From Waddliaceae bacterium (lineage in GTDB: Bacteria; Chlamydiota; Chlamydiia; Chlamydiales; JABHNK01), in NCBI GenBank assembly GCA_018694295.1, contig JABHNK010000010.1, positions 688 through 64,687 of the forward strand: a stretch of 64,000 bases of DNA. Reading direction: 5' to 3'. The notes below the pieces were generated by a model. That model saw nothing but the letters and a program-made list of their open reading frames with translations. It did no database searches and was not told where the DNA came from. Below are positions 52,786 through 62,673 of this stretch, piece after piece (position 1 is the first letter of the stretch; every line of letters begins with the position of its first letter). The position numbers and the translations under genes were made by a program.

Positions 52786-53232
52786 ATGGCCGAAGAAAAA
52801 CATAAAGCAAAAATAAAGAAAACCGTTGCTGCTGCTTCATCAACTACGAAAGAAAAAAGCCCTCGCAAAAAAAAAGCTAATGCCGAGCCTCCCATCTCCA
52901 ACGAAGAGCTTAAAACTATGTTCCTCAACATGAAAAAACAGAGCGCGGATCTCAAGAAACAAACCGACGAGCTATATGACACTTTCACCAAAGTAACAGG
53001 GAAAACCCCGAAAGAACTTGAGCGCCTTATCTCCGACGAAAATAATTTCTCTGAAAAAGACTGGGGGAAAATTCAAAAACTTAAGATCGAGCAAGAAAAA
53101 GAATTTGAGAAGCTATACAAAAAGATAGGCCTCGACTACAAAAAAATCAAAGAGAAAAAAGAACACAAAAAGACCGCAAAACGCCGCTCCCGACTAAGGA
53201 AAAAGAATAAAAACTGGATACCAGTAAAATAG
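52786..53232 (+). CDS. Lysine-rich, highly basic coiled-coil protein
   Basis: MAEEKHKAKIKKTVAAASSTTKEKSPRKKKA...KKEHKKTAKRRSRLRKKNKNWIPVK. The start was trimmed to the Met at 52786, which is preceded by GGAG. Confidence 0.65.
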   Translation: MAEEKHKAKIKKTVAAASSTTKEKSPRKKKANAEPPISNEELKTMFLNMKKQSADLKKQTDELYDTFTKVTGKTPKELERLISDENNFSEKDWGKIQKLKIEQEKEFEKLYKKIGLDYKKIKEKKEHKKTAKRRSRLRKKNKNWIPVK

Positions 53233-53293
53233 ACCCTCGATAAAAAAAATATCTACCTCATACCAAAAAATAGCATATACGGATCTTTGCACC

Positions 53294-54034
53294 ATGATAA
53301 GCGTCACCATACTGACAAAAAATAACGAGCAAACTATCGCCGAAGTCCTTACGTCAGTACAAGTCTTCGATGATGTCGTCGTGCTCGACACAGGATCTTC
53401 CGACGACACCATGACAATAGCGCGAAGCTTTCAGAATGTCACCGTCTACGAAACCCCCTTCTCTGGCTTTGGGGCTTTACACAACAAAGCTTCACAAAAA
53501 GCACAAAACGACTGGATTTTGTCCCTCGACAGCGATGAGGTCCTCTCCAAAGAGCTGCATGATGAGATAATGACAACAAACCTCGATGCCACAGCAGTAT
53601 ATTCCTTTCCTATGTACAACTATTTCAATGGAAAGGTAATAAAAGGGTGCGGTTGGTATCCCGATAGACATGTCAGAATATACAACAAAACAACAACGAG
53701 CTTCTCCGACGACGACATCCACGAAAAAATCATCGATAACGGCATGGAAAAGGTGCTCCTGAAAAATCACGTCAAACACTATTCCTATAGATCATTATCG
53801 GATTTTCTCGATAAACTTCAACGATACAGCGACCTCTTCGCACAGCAAAACAAAGGTAAAAAAAGATCTTCTTTCTGTAAAGCCGCTGGACATGGCTCTT
53901 TTGCTTTTGTCAAATGCTATTTTTTAAAACGTGGCGTTTTTTACGGATACGAAGGTTTTATGATATCATTCTACTACGGCCTCCTGGCCTTCTACAAATA
54001 CCTCAAGCTTAAAGAGATAAATAAGGATTCATAG
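53294..54034 (+). CDS. Glycosyltransferase family 2
   Basis: ISVTILTKNNEQTI..., VLDTGSSDDT, and the DxD-type motif LDSDE. Confidence 0.88.
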   Translation: MISVTILTKNNEQTIAEVLTSVQVFDDVVVLDTGSSDDTMTIARSFQNVTVYETPFSGFGALHNKASQKAQNDWILSLDSDEVLSKELHDEIMTTNLDATAVYSFPMYNYFNGKVIKGCGWYPDRHVRIYNKTTTSFSDDDIHEKIIDNGMEKVLLKNHVKHYSYRSLSDFLDKLQRYSDLFAQQNKGKKRSSFCKAAGHGSFAFVKCYFLKRGVFYGYEGFMISFYYGLLAFYKYLKLKEINKDS

Positions 54035-54036
54035 CG

Positions 54037-54771
54037 ATGTTTTCCATCTTACTATATCATCGCGTCGGAACTAGCAGGATTTCCAATAACTACAACCTTC
54101 TTCGTGACCATTTTTCCTACATTGCCGACAACTATGCTATCATTCTTCCTGGCGAGCCAATCCCCCGTAAAACTCCTGCTTTATGTATAAGCTTCGATGA
54201 CGCCTCTTTCGACTTCTACCAATATATCTTCCCCCTTCTTCAGAAGCTTAACCTCCGCGCGCTGCTTGCTGTTCCTGTGAAATATATCGTCGAAAAATCT
54301 TATGTCGACACGGCAACGAGACTATCCATCCCTCACTACGAAGCTATGAACGACGGTATATACGACAGCAAGGCCCCTTATTGCTCATGGGAAGAGATCG
54401 AAGAGATGGTCGCTTCGCAGCACGTCGCCATAGCATCACATTCGTATTCTCATGCAAACATAACACTGCCAGGAGTAGACCTTGATAAAGAAGTTATCTT
54501 CTCAAAAGAGCTCCTGGAACAGCGTCTAAAATGCCCTGTAACATCTTTCGTATATCCTTTTGGGAAAACGTCTCGCGACATTCACGCTTTCGTTTCAAAA
54601 CATTACGCTTATGGCATGAAGATCAGCGGTGCAGCAAATAGAAGCTGGGAAAATAACAATGGACTTCTTTATCGCAGATGCTGCGATAGCCTTACACACC
54701 ATCTACAGCCGTTTTCAAAGGCAAACCGCTTTGGCGCTACAGCAAAATATTTCATTAATACCATGAGATAA
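54037..54771 (+). CDS. Polysaccharide deacetylase (NodB-like) family protein
   Basis: SFDDA (TFDDG-like) and HSYSH motifs. Confidence 0.8.
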   Translation: MFSILLYHRVGTSRISNNYNLLRDHFSYIADNYAIILPGEPIPRKTPALCISFDDASFDFYQYIFPLLQKLNLRALLAVPVKYIVEKSYVDTATRLSIPHYEAMNDGIYDSKAPYCSWEEIEEMVASQHVAIASHSYSHANITLPGVDLDKEVIFSKELLEQRLKCPVTSFVYPFGKTSRDIHAFVSKHYAYGMKISGAANRSWENNNGLLYRRCCDSLTHHLQPFSKANRFGATAKYFINTMR

Positions 54772-54775
54772 AAGA

Positions 54776-55861
54776 CTATCTCGGAGCGTACACCTTTTCC
54801 ATATCGTCGAGCATCTTATTAAAAGAAAATTGCTCTACAACAAGGTCCTGGGCACTTTTTCCCATCGCATTGCGAAGTTTCTCGTCGCCATAAAGCTTCA
54901 TAATAGCCTCTGCGACGTTTTCCGGCGAATGTGTCGGAACGATAAAACCCGTTTTCCCGTCGATACATACCTCTCCGAGGCCTCCGACATTCGTCGTTAT
55001 CATGGGTTTCTTAAGAAATCCTGCCTGCAATGACGCCTGGCTTACGCCCTCGTTGCCCGTGCTCAGCAGGGTGAAAATGTCCATGGCTGCTATTGCCGTC
55101 TGTGGCTTCTCGATATATCCCGTGAAGATTACAGTATCCTTAAGACCAAGGTCGTCTCTCATCTTCAAAAAAACCTTTTCACTAACGCCATTACCAACGA
55201 TTGCCCACTTAATGTCGGGGACTTCCTGTAATATCTTCGCGGCTTTTAGCATATCAAAGACACCCTTCCAACCACGTAAAATACATGCCGTACCGACAAG
55301 GATATCGTCTCTGCCAACACCAAGGTCTTCGCGGAATTTCTTCACCTCGGAGATATCGACATCAAGCCTGCGAGGGTCTACACCAGTAGGGACAGAACGA
55401 CAACGCTCAATAGAAATCTTTGCTTGTTTTCTGATAAGATCTGCAGCGTATTCGCAGGTAGTGACGACGTCGTCAGCAAGAACACGATACAACAAAAAGC
55501 TGTTAAGCCCTTTTTTTATCGCCGTAGAAAGATGGCGCGTCCTCACAACCTTACAGCCTACGATTTTTCCCGCTATGCCAGCAAGCCACGCATCTCGTGA
55601 AGAATGGGTGCTAACAACATCGATGGCATGACGTTTAATCACCGACATCAAAGTCTTCAAACAGGTATACCACCGCCCCCAGCGCAATGGAAGCTCATAG
55701 ACAGTGAATCCCGCTCGACGAGCAGGCTCAACAAGACCACCGTTTTCTTGTATGATAAAAATAACGTCGTGACCGCGTTCGCGTAAGCCCTCAGATTCGC
55801 GAAGAATGCGAATCTCTTGGCCTCCCCATCCCGGCGACGCTTCAGTATGAAGAATATGCAT
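54776..55861 (-). CDS. Glycosyltransferase family 4 (GT-B, group 1)
   Basis: Typical GT4 N-terminus (ILHTEASPGWGGQE) and an E-x7-E-region sequence (NEGVSQASLQAGF). Confidence 0.88.
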   Translation of the reverse strand: MHILHTEASPGWGGQEIRILRESEGLRERGHDVIFIIQENGGLVEPARRAGFTVYELPLRWGRWYTCLKTLMSVIKRHAIDVVSTHSSRDAWLAGIAGKIVGCKVVRTRHLSTAIKKGLNSFLLYRVLADDVVTTCEYAADLIRKQAKISIERCRSVPTGVDPRRLDVDISEVKKFREDLGVGRDDILVGTACILRGWKGVFDMLKAAKILQEVPDIKWAIVGNGVSEKVFLKMRDDLGLKDTVIFTGYIEKPQTAIAAMDIFTLLSTGNEGVSQASLQAGFLKKPMITTNVGGLGEVCIDGKTGFIVPTHSPENVAEAIMKLYGDEKLRNAMGKSAQDLVVEQFSFNKMLDDMEKVYAPR

Positions 55862-55883
55862 AATTAAGCCTCCAAATAATTAA

Positions 55884-56274
55884 ACCCATGATTGAGCCCT
55901 ATATTTCCTTTAGCGCCATAGGGTTAGGCAAGATAGCTCAGTGAACGACAAGCGAATAGTTGTAACTATTCGCGAGGAGTAAAATGAGCCAGATTGCCCA
56001 ACCATATGGATGCTATAGGAAACAGGACCTTTTTCTTCTAAAAAGCGATAGTAAAAAATATAAGCTTATGAAGATAAATATCTTAAGCCCTTACTATTTC
56101 TTGTTGTTTTTATTTACCCTTTTGCTATTATTTGGCTTCACCATATATCTTTTTGCAGCAGCACATCTGCTTTGAATCTATCCTCACGAATGTTTTAACA
56201 TTCGCTCGTCTTTCATCTTCGCATCTGTACCGCTGCAAAAACCATATGGCAAAGTATAGGTCACAATCAGGGGT
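55884..56274 (+). mobile_element. MITE-like repeat, family A, full-length copy A3
   Basis: Ends are acccatgattgagcc...ggtcacaatcaggggt, flanked by TAA/TAA. It contains both the left module (shared with A2) and the right module (shared with A4). Confidence 0.85.
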
Positions 56275-56314
56275 TAAAGACCTAAGAATGCATGTTCTCC
56301 ATTAAAAATTCAAT

Positions 56315-56475
56315 ACTGATGTTACGCGCTAATCTTGCTTTAGTGGTGTAGCGAAAGGGACAAGATGCAAGTACTTCCGACGAACCAAGCTCCGAAGAGC
56401 TGGGTGAGAAGGAATACGTAGCAGATTGTTCCTTGCAGCACGCCAATAAAGTGAGAGTTGCGCGTAAGGTCAGTT
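56315..56475 (+). mobile_element. MITE-like repeat, family B, copy B2
   Basis: The core is near-identical to B1. Terminal repeats are actgatgttacgcg...cgcgtaaggtcagt. Confidence 0.85.
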
Positions 56476-56482
56476 CAACAAT

Positions 56483-56920
56483 CTAAAGTTCGGACTTCTT
56501 ACGGAACATCCTTATTACACTCTTGACGCCAACAGCAGCAGCGATACCTACTACAAAAGTCCATGTCGTCATAAGAAGACTAAGCAGCGCACCACCAATC
56601 AATACTATCTTAAACCATCCGTGTGTCTGGTAATATTCCTTAAGCTTATAAAGTATCGTTGGGATATCGTCAGTGAAATACATCCCCAACAAAAGGCCTA
56701 TAAGACCAAGGCCCGCTGGAGCATTAAACCACGTCAAGACAACGCCAAAAACAACAAGCACAATGAGTATCGACTCAAACCTGTTCGTTAATGTGTATTT
56801 GTATATCTCTGTTACTGTCTCGCTATCTTTAAGCTCGTAAAGCTTTTCTTGTAATTTTTCTTTTACGCTACCTTCATGTTCTTCTGGCGGCTGTTCTGTT
56901 TTATTAACATCTTTTGACAT
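56483..56920 (-). CDS. Small membrane protein with paired hydrophobic segments (Inc-like candidate)
   Basis: 145 aa. ILIVLVVFGVVLTWF-NAPA-GLGLIGLLLGMYF is followed by a second pair, IVLIGGALLSLLM / FVVGIAAAVGV. Confidence 0.6.
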   Translation of the reverse strand: MSKDVNKTEQPPEEHEGSVKEKLQEKLYELKDSETVTEIYKYTLTNRFESILIVLVVFGVVLTWFNAPAGLGLIGLLLGMYFTDDIPTILYKLKEYYQTHGWFKIVLIGGALLSLLMTTWTFVVGIAAAVGVKSVIRMFRKKSEL

Positions 56921-57108
56921 TGCTTTTACTCCTTGTTTTCTACATAAAAAATATTTGCCTCATCCTTTCTAATAGTATGAAACCATGTTCTTGAATTCAA
57001 TATATTTTTTTACCTCTTTTTTTTATCTCCTTTTTTTATATATTAATTGGTGTTTTTATGAGCAAGAGCGTATTATCTCATTGATGTTATGGAGATTGTG
57101 TATATAAT

Positions 57109-58557
57109 ATGAAAAAAATCTTTCCGCTAGATTGTATTATTAAAATTCTCAAGGGAGCCATTGCCGCTGTTATCATAGCGACAATTTTCGCATTTGCCAC
57201 CAATTCATCATATGCAACGTCCTATACCGCCGAAGCTTCAACATCATCATTACCCAATACAGCCTTCCCTTTTCCGCAAGAAGCTTACGACGCCATCGGT
57301 GATGGCATTCTATCGCTAAACCATACAATCTTCGCGATGAAAATCCCCGACCTAAGCCACGATATCTTGTTCCACGGCCTAAACGCTAGGCCAGACATCC
57401 CCAACGACACACCACAAATAATATTATCTCTTAGCGGTTCTTCTGATATTATATGCGCCGCATCAGAATCGAAAATCTTTCTCGTATACGATGACTCCAC
57501 CTTCCCCGGAAGATACATCGCCGGCGACGACACATCCCCGCTGTCGATAATACCAACATACACCAACGGCGGCGCTGTAATCTCAACATCACTAGTCGAT
57601 GATGCCGGCAACGACGTCGAAGACACTGCCAGCATCGCCACTTTCGAACTCTTAGAAAGCCCATTAATAACAGAACAGGCGTCGTGGGAGGTCGGAACAT
57701 ACCGCGCCGACGCTGGCATCCTAGCGCGCCAGCGCGCACGATGGTTCGGAAAAGACCGCTTCTTAGAACACCACGGCGGTGAAGAATATAACTACACCAC
57801 AGGGCGCGAACGCATCGACTTCGGCGATGGCGAAGAAGCATACCCATTATTCGTAAAAAAGGGAGACTATTTCTTCTGGGAAGATGACAAATGGATCGCC
57901 CCATCAAAAACATCATCATCACAAGGAAAAGCTCTTCTTGCCATCGCAAGTGTCGAAGAAAAACTTATCCATATAGACCTTTGGAATGACACAGGAACGA
58001 AAAAACTTCCTCTTACGATAATAAAATCCAGCAGTGTTTGGTCGCCACATATCATACAACATGAAATCTCCTTCCTCGGCGCCAAAACAAAAATACAGGC
58101 TATCGTTGAGATCAGCAAAGAACGTATGATCTTAAATAATCAAGACTGGGTCCTACGCTCAGACAACAAATGGTCCGTCATTAAAACACCAAAAAATATC
58201 GACGAATATGTTATGAATGCCGTCACCGGAGAGCTGTTCGTCGTCGGCGACATAATAAGAAAAGACGGAAAACAATTCCTTGAAGGGACTCTGTTCAATC
58301 GCGCAAAAACTGAGACTGTAGAGATGGCTATACCACTACAAGCCTCTATTCAAGACCACAGACAAGCATATGACTTCCCAGCAAAAACACCACCACAAAC
58401 ACAATCGACAACGCCAACACACAAAGTAAATACAGAAGAACAAGAACTAAAAAGAAAAGAATACGAAGAAAGAAAAAAGCGTGGTAGACCTCCTCTAATA
58501 AAGCTTCACGATACCATACGTGGAGCATTACAAGAACAACAAGAACAACAAGAATAG
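57109..58557 (+). CDS. Membrane-anchored/secreted hypothetical protein immediately upstream of gspD
   Basis: 482 aa with an N-terminal hydrophobic anchor (GAIAAVIIATIFAFA). The C-terminal tail is low-complexity and basic (KRKEYEERKKRGRPPLI...QEQQEQQE). The gap to gspD is 8 nt. Confidence 0.7.
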   Translation: MKKIFPLDCIIKILKGAIAAVIIATIFAFATNSSYATSYTAEASTSSLPNTAFPFPQEAYDAIGDGILSLNHTIFAMKIPDLSHDILFHGLNARPDIPNDTPQIILSLSGSSDIICAASESKIFLVYDDSTFPGRYIAGDDTSPLSIIPTYTNGGAVISTSLVDDAGNDVEDTASIATFELLESPLITEQASWEVGTYRADAGILARQRARWFGKDRFLEHHGGEEYNYTTGRERIDFGDGEEAYPLFVKKGDYFFWEDDKWIAPSKTSSSQGKALLAIASVEEKLIHIDLWNDTGTKKLPLTIIKSSSVWSPHIIQHEISFLGAKTKIQAIVEISKERMILNNQDWVLRSDNKWSVIKTPKNIDEYVMNAVTGELFVVGDIIRKDGKQFLEGTLFNRAKTETVEMAIPLQASIQDHRQAYDFPAKTPPQTQSTTPTHKVNTEEQELKRKEYEERKKRGRPPLIKLHDTIRGALQEQQEQQE

Positions 58558-58565
58558 CATACATC

Positions 58566-60941
58566 ATGAAAACAACCCTGCAGCTCTTAATCATTGTCGT
58601 CGTCACAACAATAGTACCATTACATGGGCAGTCTATCGCCGAAAAAAAAGCCTACATCCATAATACCAACACAGGCCTTGACGCAAAAACACAAAAACTT
58701 CTAGAACAGACAAACGACGCCCTTATACACGAAAAAGAAGAGCTCCTCTCGTTATATAACGACATCCTAGAACTCCATGAAAACGATGCCTCACCAGAAG
58801 AATACAAAGACATCCTCGACGACGTCAATAACTTAAAATCAAACATCAAAGAAACACAGGAATCGTGGCAACAGCACGCTGCAATATCGTCAATAGAAGA
58901 AGATTATTCGCTGTGGCATCAACCCGAGACAACACTAAAACAACTTGTCATCGACTACGGCTCACAAGATTATGTATACCTTGTCCCTCACGACATCGGA
59001 GATGTAAAGCTAAGCATAAACTCCAACCTTCCTGTCCCTCGTGAGTCGTGGAATGAAATGCTCGCCTTCATCCTTACAGAGAACGGCATAGGAATAAAAC
59101 AGCTAAACCCATACCTAAGAGAGCTCTTCATAATAAACAAAGACCGCTCACGTTTCGCCGCCGTGACATCCTCGCGCGCCGACCTCAACATCCTGCCGCC
59201 ACATTCTCATATATGCTACATTTTGTCGCCGAAAACCCCAGACCCATATACTGCCTTCGACTTCTTGTCACGCTTCATCAATGTCAACAACACATCATTA
59301 GAAATCTTAGGACATTCAGTGTTCATCGCCGGCACCGTCGATGATATCAGCGAACTACTTAAACTCTATGACTTCGTCGACAACACAAGCGATGACAAAG
59401 AATACAAACTCATAACACTAACAAGAGCCGCCTCTGAAGATATTGTCAGCGTATTAGAAACAATATTCCACGAATCGTCACAAAGCGGGAAGATCAACCG
59501 TACAACCCTCAACGGCATGCCTGCAGGGCTAAAGATAATACCGCTAAACAAGTCATCACACCAGTCAGTGTTCCTCTTCGGCAGCATCGAAGAGATTAAC
59601 CACGCACAAGATATTATCTACGACATAGAAAGTAGAATCGAAGGAACGCAAGAAAAAAATGTCTTCGTATACACATGTAAACACTCCGACCCAGAAGATA
59701 TCGCCCCTCTCATCGAAAAAGCATACCATCTGCTTATCGATACTGGAGCATCACTAGAGAACACTGAAGCCGCATCAGACGAAAGCGCCGGAAAAGAACC
59801 ATATTCGACATTCAAAGGCTCAAACGCGCTGGTGATAAATCCAAACCCAATAGCCCCAGAACGGTCTGCATCGAAAAACGACGCATCAAAACGTGACAAC
59901 TTCATCGTAGACCCACAGACAGGGTCGATAATAATGGTAGTAGAAAGAACTGTGCTGCCTATGCTTAAAGACCTTATCAAAAAGCTAGACATCCCTAAAA
60001 AAATGGTGCATATCGAGGTGCTCCTCTTCGAGAAAAAAGTCACCGACAGCAACCACTTCGGCCTAAACATCCTACGCATCGGAAATAAAGCCACAGGGTC
60101 CGACTCAGGATGGGCATCGTTTTCTTCTACAGGAAACGTCTCATATGCCCTAGACTCTTCAGACTTGCTGTCTCAACGCACAGGAATCTTCGACTTCTTC
60201 ATGAGCAGAAAAAAACGTGGCATCGTTCCATCATACGACTTCGCCTATAACTTCCTAATATCACAGCGCGATATCACAGTACACTCTTCGCCTTCAGTAA
60301 CGACGATAAACCAGACGCCCGCTTCGATAAAACTCGTAGAAGAAATCTCTGTAAATACCGGTGCCATCAGTAATGACAACACCACAGAAACAACATATTC
60401 TCGTAACCAATATGGTATAACTATAGAAATAACCCCTACCGTACATGAACCTGACGACTTCAATGGCGACATCGAAACATTTATCTCCCTAGACACAAAC
60501 ATCACCTTCGACGATACGCCATCGACATCATCATCAAACCAGCCAGATATAACACGCCGAAACATCAAAAACCAAGTGCGCATCGCCAATGGACAGACAG
60601 TAATCCTCGGAGGGCTGCGCCGTAAAAACTCCGACGACATAAAAGAATCTATGCCTTTCCTCGGTGAAATCCCCGGAATAGGAAAACTCTTCGGCGAAAC
60701 TCGCATGTCAGGAAGCTCTACAGAAATGTTCGTATTCATAACACCTACCGTCATCAGCGACTCTCAAGAGGATATAATGCGTATGCAGCAACAAGAACTA
60801 AAGTGGCGGCCCGGAGACAACACCACCTTCTTAACGCGCCTCCTCGAAGCCAAGCAATATGAAAAAAAACGCCTCTTCAAAGGAAGCCTTGAAGTCCTTA
60901 TGGGACGCCCAAAACACGAAACAATATTCCCTGAGGAATAA
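58566..60941 (+). CDS. gspD: Type II secretion system secretin GspD
   Basis: A signal peptide plus the C-terminal secretin domain (IANGQTVILGGL...PFLGEIPGIGKLF...MFVFITPTVI). Confidence 0.92.
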   Translation: MKTTLQLLIIVVVTTIVPLHGQSIAEKKAYIHNTNTGLDAKTQKLLEQTNDALIHEKEELLSLYNDILELHENDASPEEYKDILDDVNNLKSNIKETQESWQQHAAISSIEEDYSLWHQPETTLKQLVIDYGSQDYVYLVPHDIGDVKLSINSNLPVPRESWNEMLAFILTENGIGIKQLNPYLRELFIINKDRSRFAAVTSSRADLNILPPHSHICYILSPKTPDPYTAFDFLSRFINVNNTSLEILGHSVFIAGTVDDISELLKLYDFVDNTSDDKEYKLITLTRAASEDIVSVLETIFHESSQSGKINRTTLNGMPAGLKIIPLNKSSHQSVFLFGSIEEINHAQDIIYDIESRIEGTQEKNVFVYTCKHSDPEDIAPLIEKAYHLLIDTGASLENTEAASDESAGKEPYSTFKGSNALVINPNPIAPERSASKNDASKRDNFIVDPQTGSIIMVVERTVLPMLKDLIKKLDIPKKMVHIEVLLFEKKVTDSNHFGLNILRIGNKATGSDSGWASFSSTGNVSYALDSSDLLSQRTGIFDFFMSRKKRGIVPSYDFAYNFLISQRDITVHSSPSVTTINQTPASIKLVEEISVNTGAISNDNTTETTYSRNQYGITIEITPTVHEPDDFNGDIETFISLDTNITFDDTPSTSSSNQPDITRRNIKNQVRIANGQTVILGGLRRKNSDDIKESMPFLGEIPGIGKLFGETRMSGSSTEMFVFITPTVISDSQEDIMRMQQQELKWRPGDNTTFLTRLLEAKQYEKKRLFKGSLEVLMGRPKHETIFPEE

Positions 60942-60949
60942 AAAACACT

Positions 60950-62671
60950 ATGAACGAAGAAAAAATCCTCTCTAACAACGAACAACATATCGTCGACATC
61001 CTCAAAAAACAAGGGGTCCTCAACGACGGCACCATAACGAAAACATTACAAAAAATCACCAACACCAATACAACGTTCCTCGAGGAACTTCTCAACCGCG
61101 CCATCATATCACAAGACTCCCTAAATCACGCATACGCACTGCATTTTAACATGGACGTATATAACGATATCCCCAATATCACCGTCCCTGCCAACGTCTT
61201 CGCAAAAATCCCTTACAGCTTCACACAAAAAAATACACTGTTACCAATAAGATATGACGACGACACCCTCGTCGTCGCCGTCGCCGACCCACTCCACCTA
61301 GAAGCCCTCGAAGATCTTACTGTCATGCTTTCATGCGATGTAAAAGCCGTATACTGTAATAAGAATACCATAACAACCGCTATAGAAGAACGCTACAAGC
61401 ATGACAACACAGCAGCCTCGGAGCTCCTCGACGACCTAAAAAACCACAGCGAAATAATCAACGATCTCGATGACACAGAAGCCTATGACCTACTAGCTAC
61501 CAACGCTCAAGCCCCTATAATAAAACTACTAAACCTCATCCTTAGCGAAGCAATAAATCAAGAAGCTTCCGATATACACTTCGAACCCTCAGAAAAAGGA
61601 CTAAAAGTACGATACCGTATCGATGGCATACTGCAAAATCGACATACACCACCACAAAAATACCAAACACAACTGCTTACACGCATCAAAGTGATGGCAA
61701 AACTCGACATCGCAGAACGACGACTCCCTCAAGATGGAAGAATAAAATTGCGTATGGGTGGTCGCGATATAGATTTCCGCGTAAGCACAGCACCAACAAT
61801 CAACGGAGAACGTATCGTCCTGCGTATTCTGCATAAAGGCAATGTTGTCCTGGGAATCGACAATATCGGTATGGACGACACCATCATTGACACCTTTAAG
61901 AAGATTATCTCTATACCAGAAGGAATTATACTCGTAACAGGGCCTACAGGAAGTGGTAAAACAACAACACTATACAGCGCCCTCTGCGAAATATATACAG
62001 ACGAAACAAACATCATGACTATCGAAGATCCTGTAGAATATAAGATTCCAGGAATCTCACAGATAGCAGTAAAGCCAAAGATAGGCCTCGACTTCGCAGC
62101 AGGACTGAGACATATCCTCCGACAAGACCCCGATATCATAATGGTAGGAGAAATTCGTGACAAAGAAACCGCCGATATAGCTATACAATCAGCACTAACC
62201 GGGCACCTCGTCATAAGCACACTACACACAAACGACGCCCCTTCGGCAATAACACGACTAGTCGATATGGCAATAGAACCATACCTTCTATCTTCGACAC
62301 TCGTCGGTATCGTAGCACAAAGGCTTGTTCGATGCATCTGCCCTGAATGTAAAGCGCCTTACAATCCTACACCACAAGAACTCAGCGATATCGGCCTCGA
62401 CATCAAAGACCTCGACAATGGCGTGCTCTTCCGAGGAAAAGGATGCCCCGAATGCTACGAATCAGGATACAAAGGACGCCATGGAGTCTATGAACTTATG
62501 CTCGTCGACGACACTATAAAAAAACAGATAATACAAAGTGCTGATGCCGGAGCCTTGAAAGATTTAGCTTTACAGCATGGCATGCGCTCGCTACGGCAAC
62601 ACGGTGCCAAGCTCGTCGCCAAAGGAATTACCACCGTCACCGAAATTCTAAGAGTATCACGAGGAGTATAA
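60950..62671 (+). CDS. gspE: Type II secretion system ATPase GspE
   Basis: Walker A motif GPTGSGKTTT, the Asp box, the His box, and the tetracysteine motif CPECKAPY...CPECYESGYKGR. Confidence 0.95.
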   Translation: MNEEKILSNNEQHIVDILKKQGVLNDGTITKTLQKITNTNTTFLEELLNRAIISQDSLNHAYALHFNMDVYNDIPNITVPANVFAKIPYSFTQKNTLLPIRYDDDTLVVAVADPLHLEALEDLTVMLSCDVKAVYCNKNTITTAIEERYKHDNTAASELLDDLKNHSEIINDLDDTEAYDLLATNAQAPIIKLLNLILSEAINQEASDIHFEPSEKGLKVRYRIDGILQNRHTPPQKYQTQLLTRIKVMAKLDIAERRLPQDGRIKLRMGGRDIDFRVSTAPTINGERIVLRILHKGNVVLGIDNIGMDDTIIDTFKKIISIPEGIILVTGPTGSGKTTTLYSALCEIYTDETNIMTIEDPVEYKIPGISQIAVKPKIGLDFAAGLRHILRQDPDIIMVGEIRDKETADIAIQSALTGHLVISTLHTNDAPSAITRLVDMAIEPYLLSSTLVGIVAQRLVRCICPECKAPYNPTPQELSDIGLDIKDLDNGVLFRGKGCPECYESGYKGRHGVYELMLVDDTIKKQIIQSADAGALKDLALQHGMRSLRQHGAKLVAKGITTVTEILRVSRGV

Positions 62672-62673
62672 CA

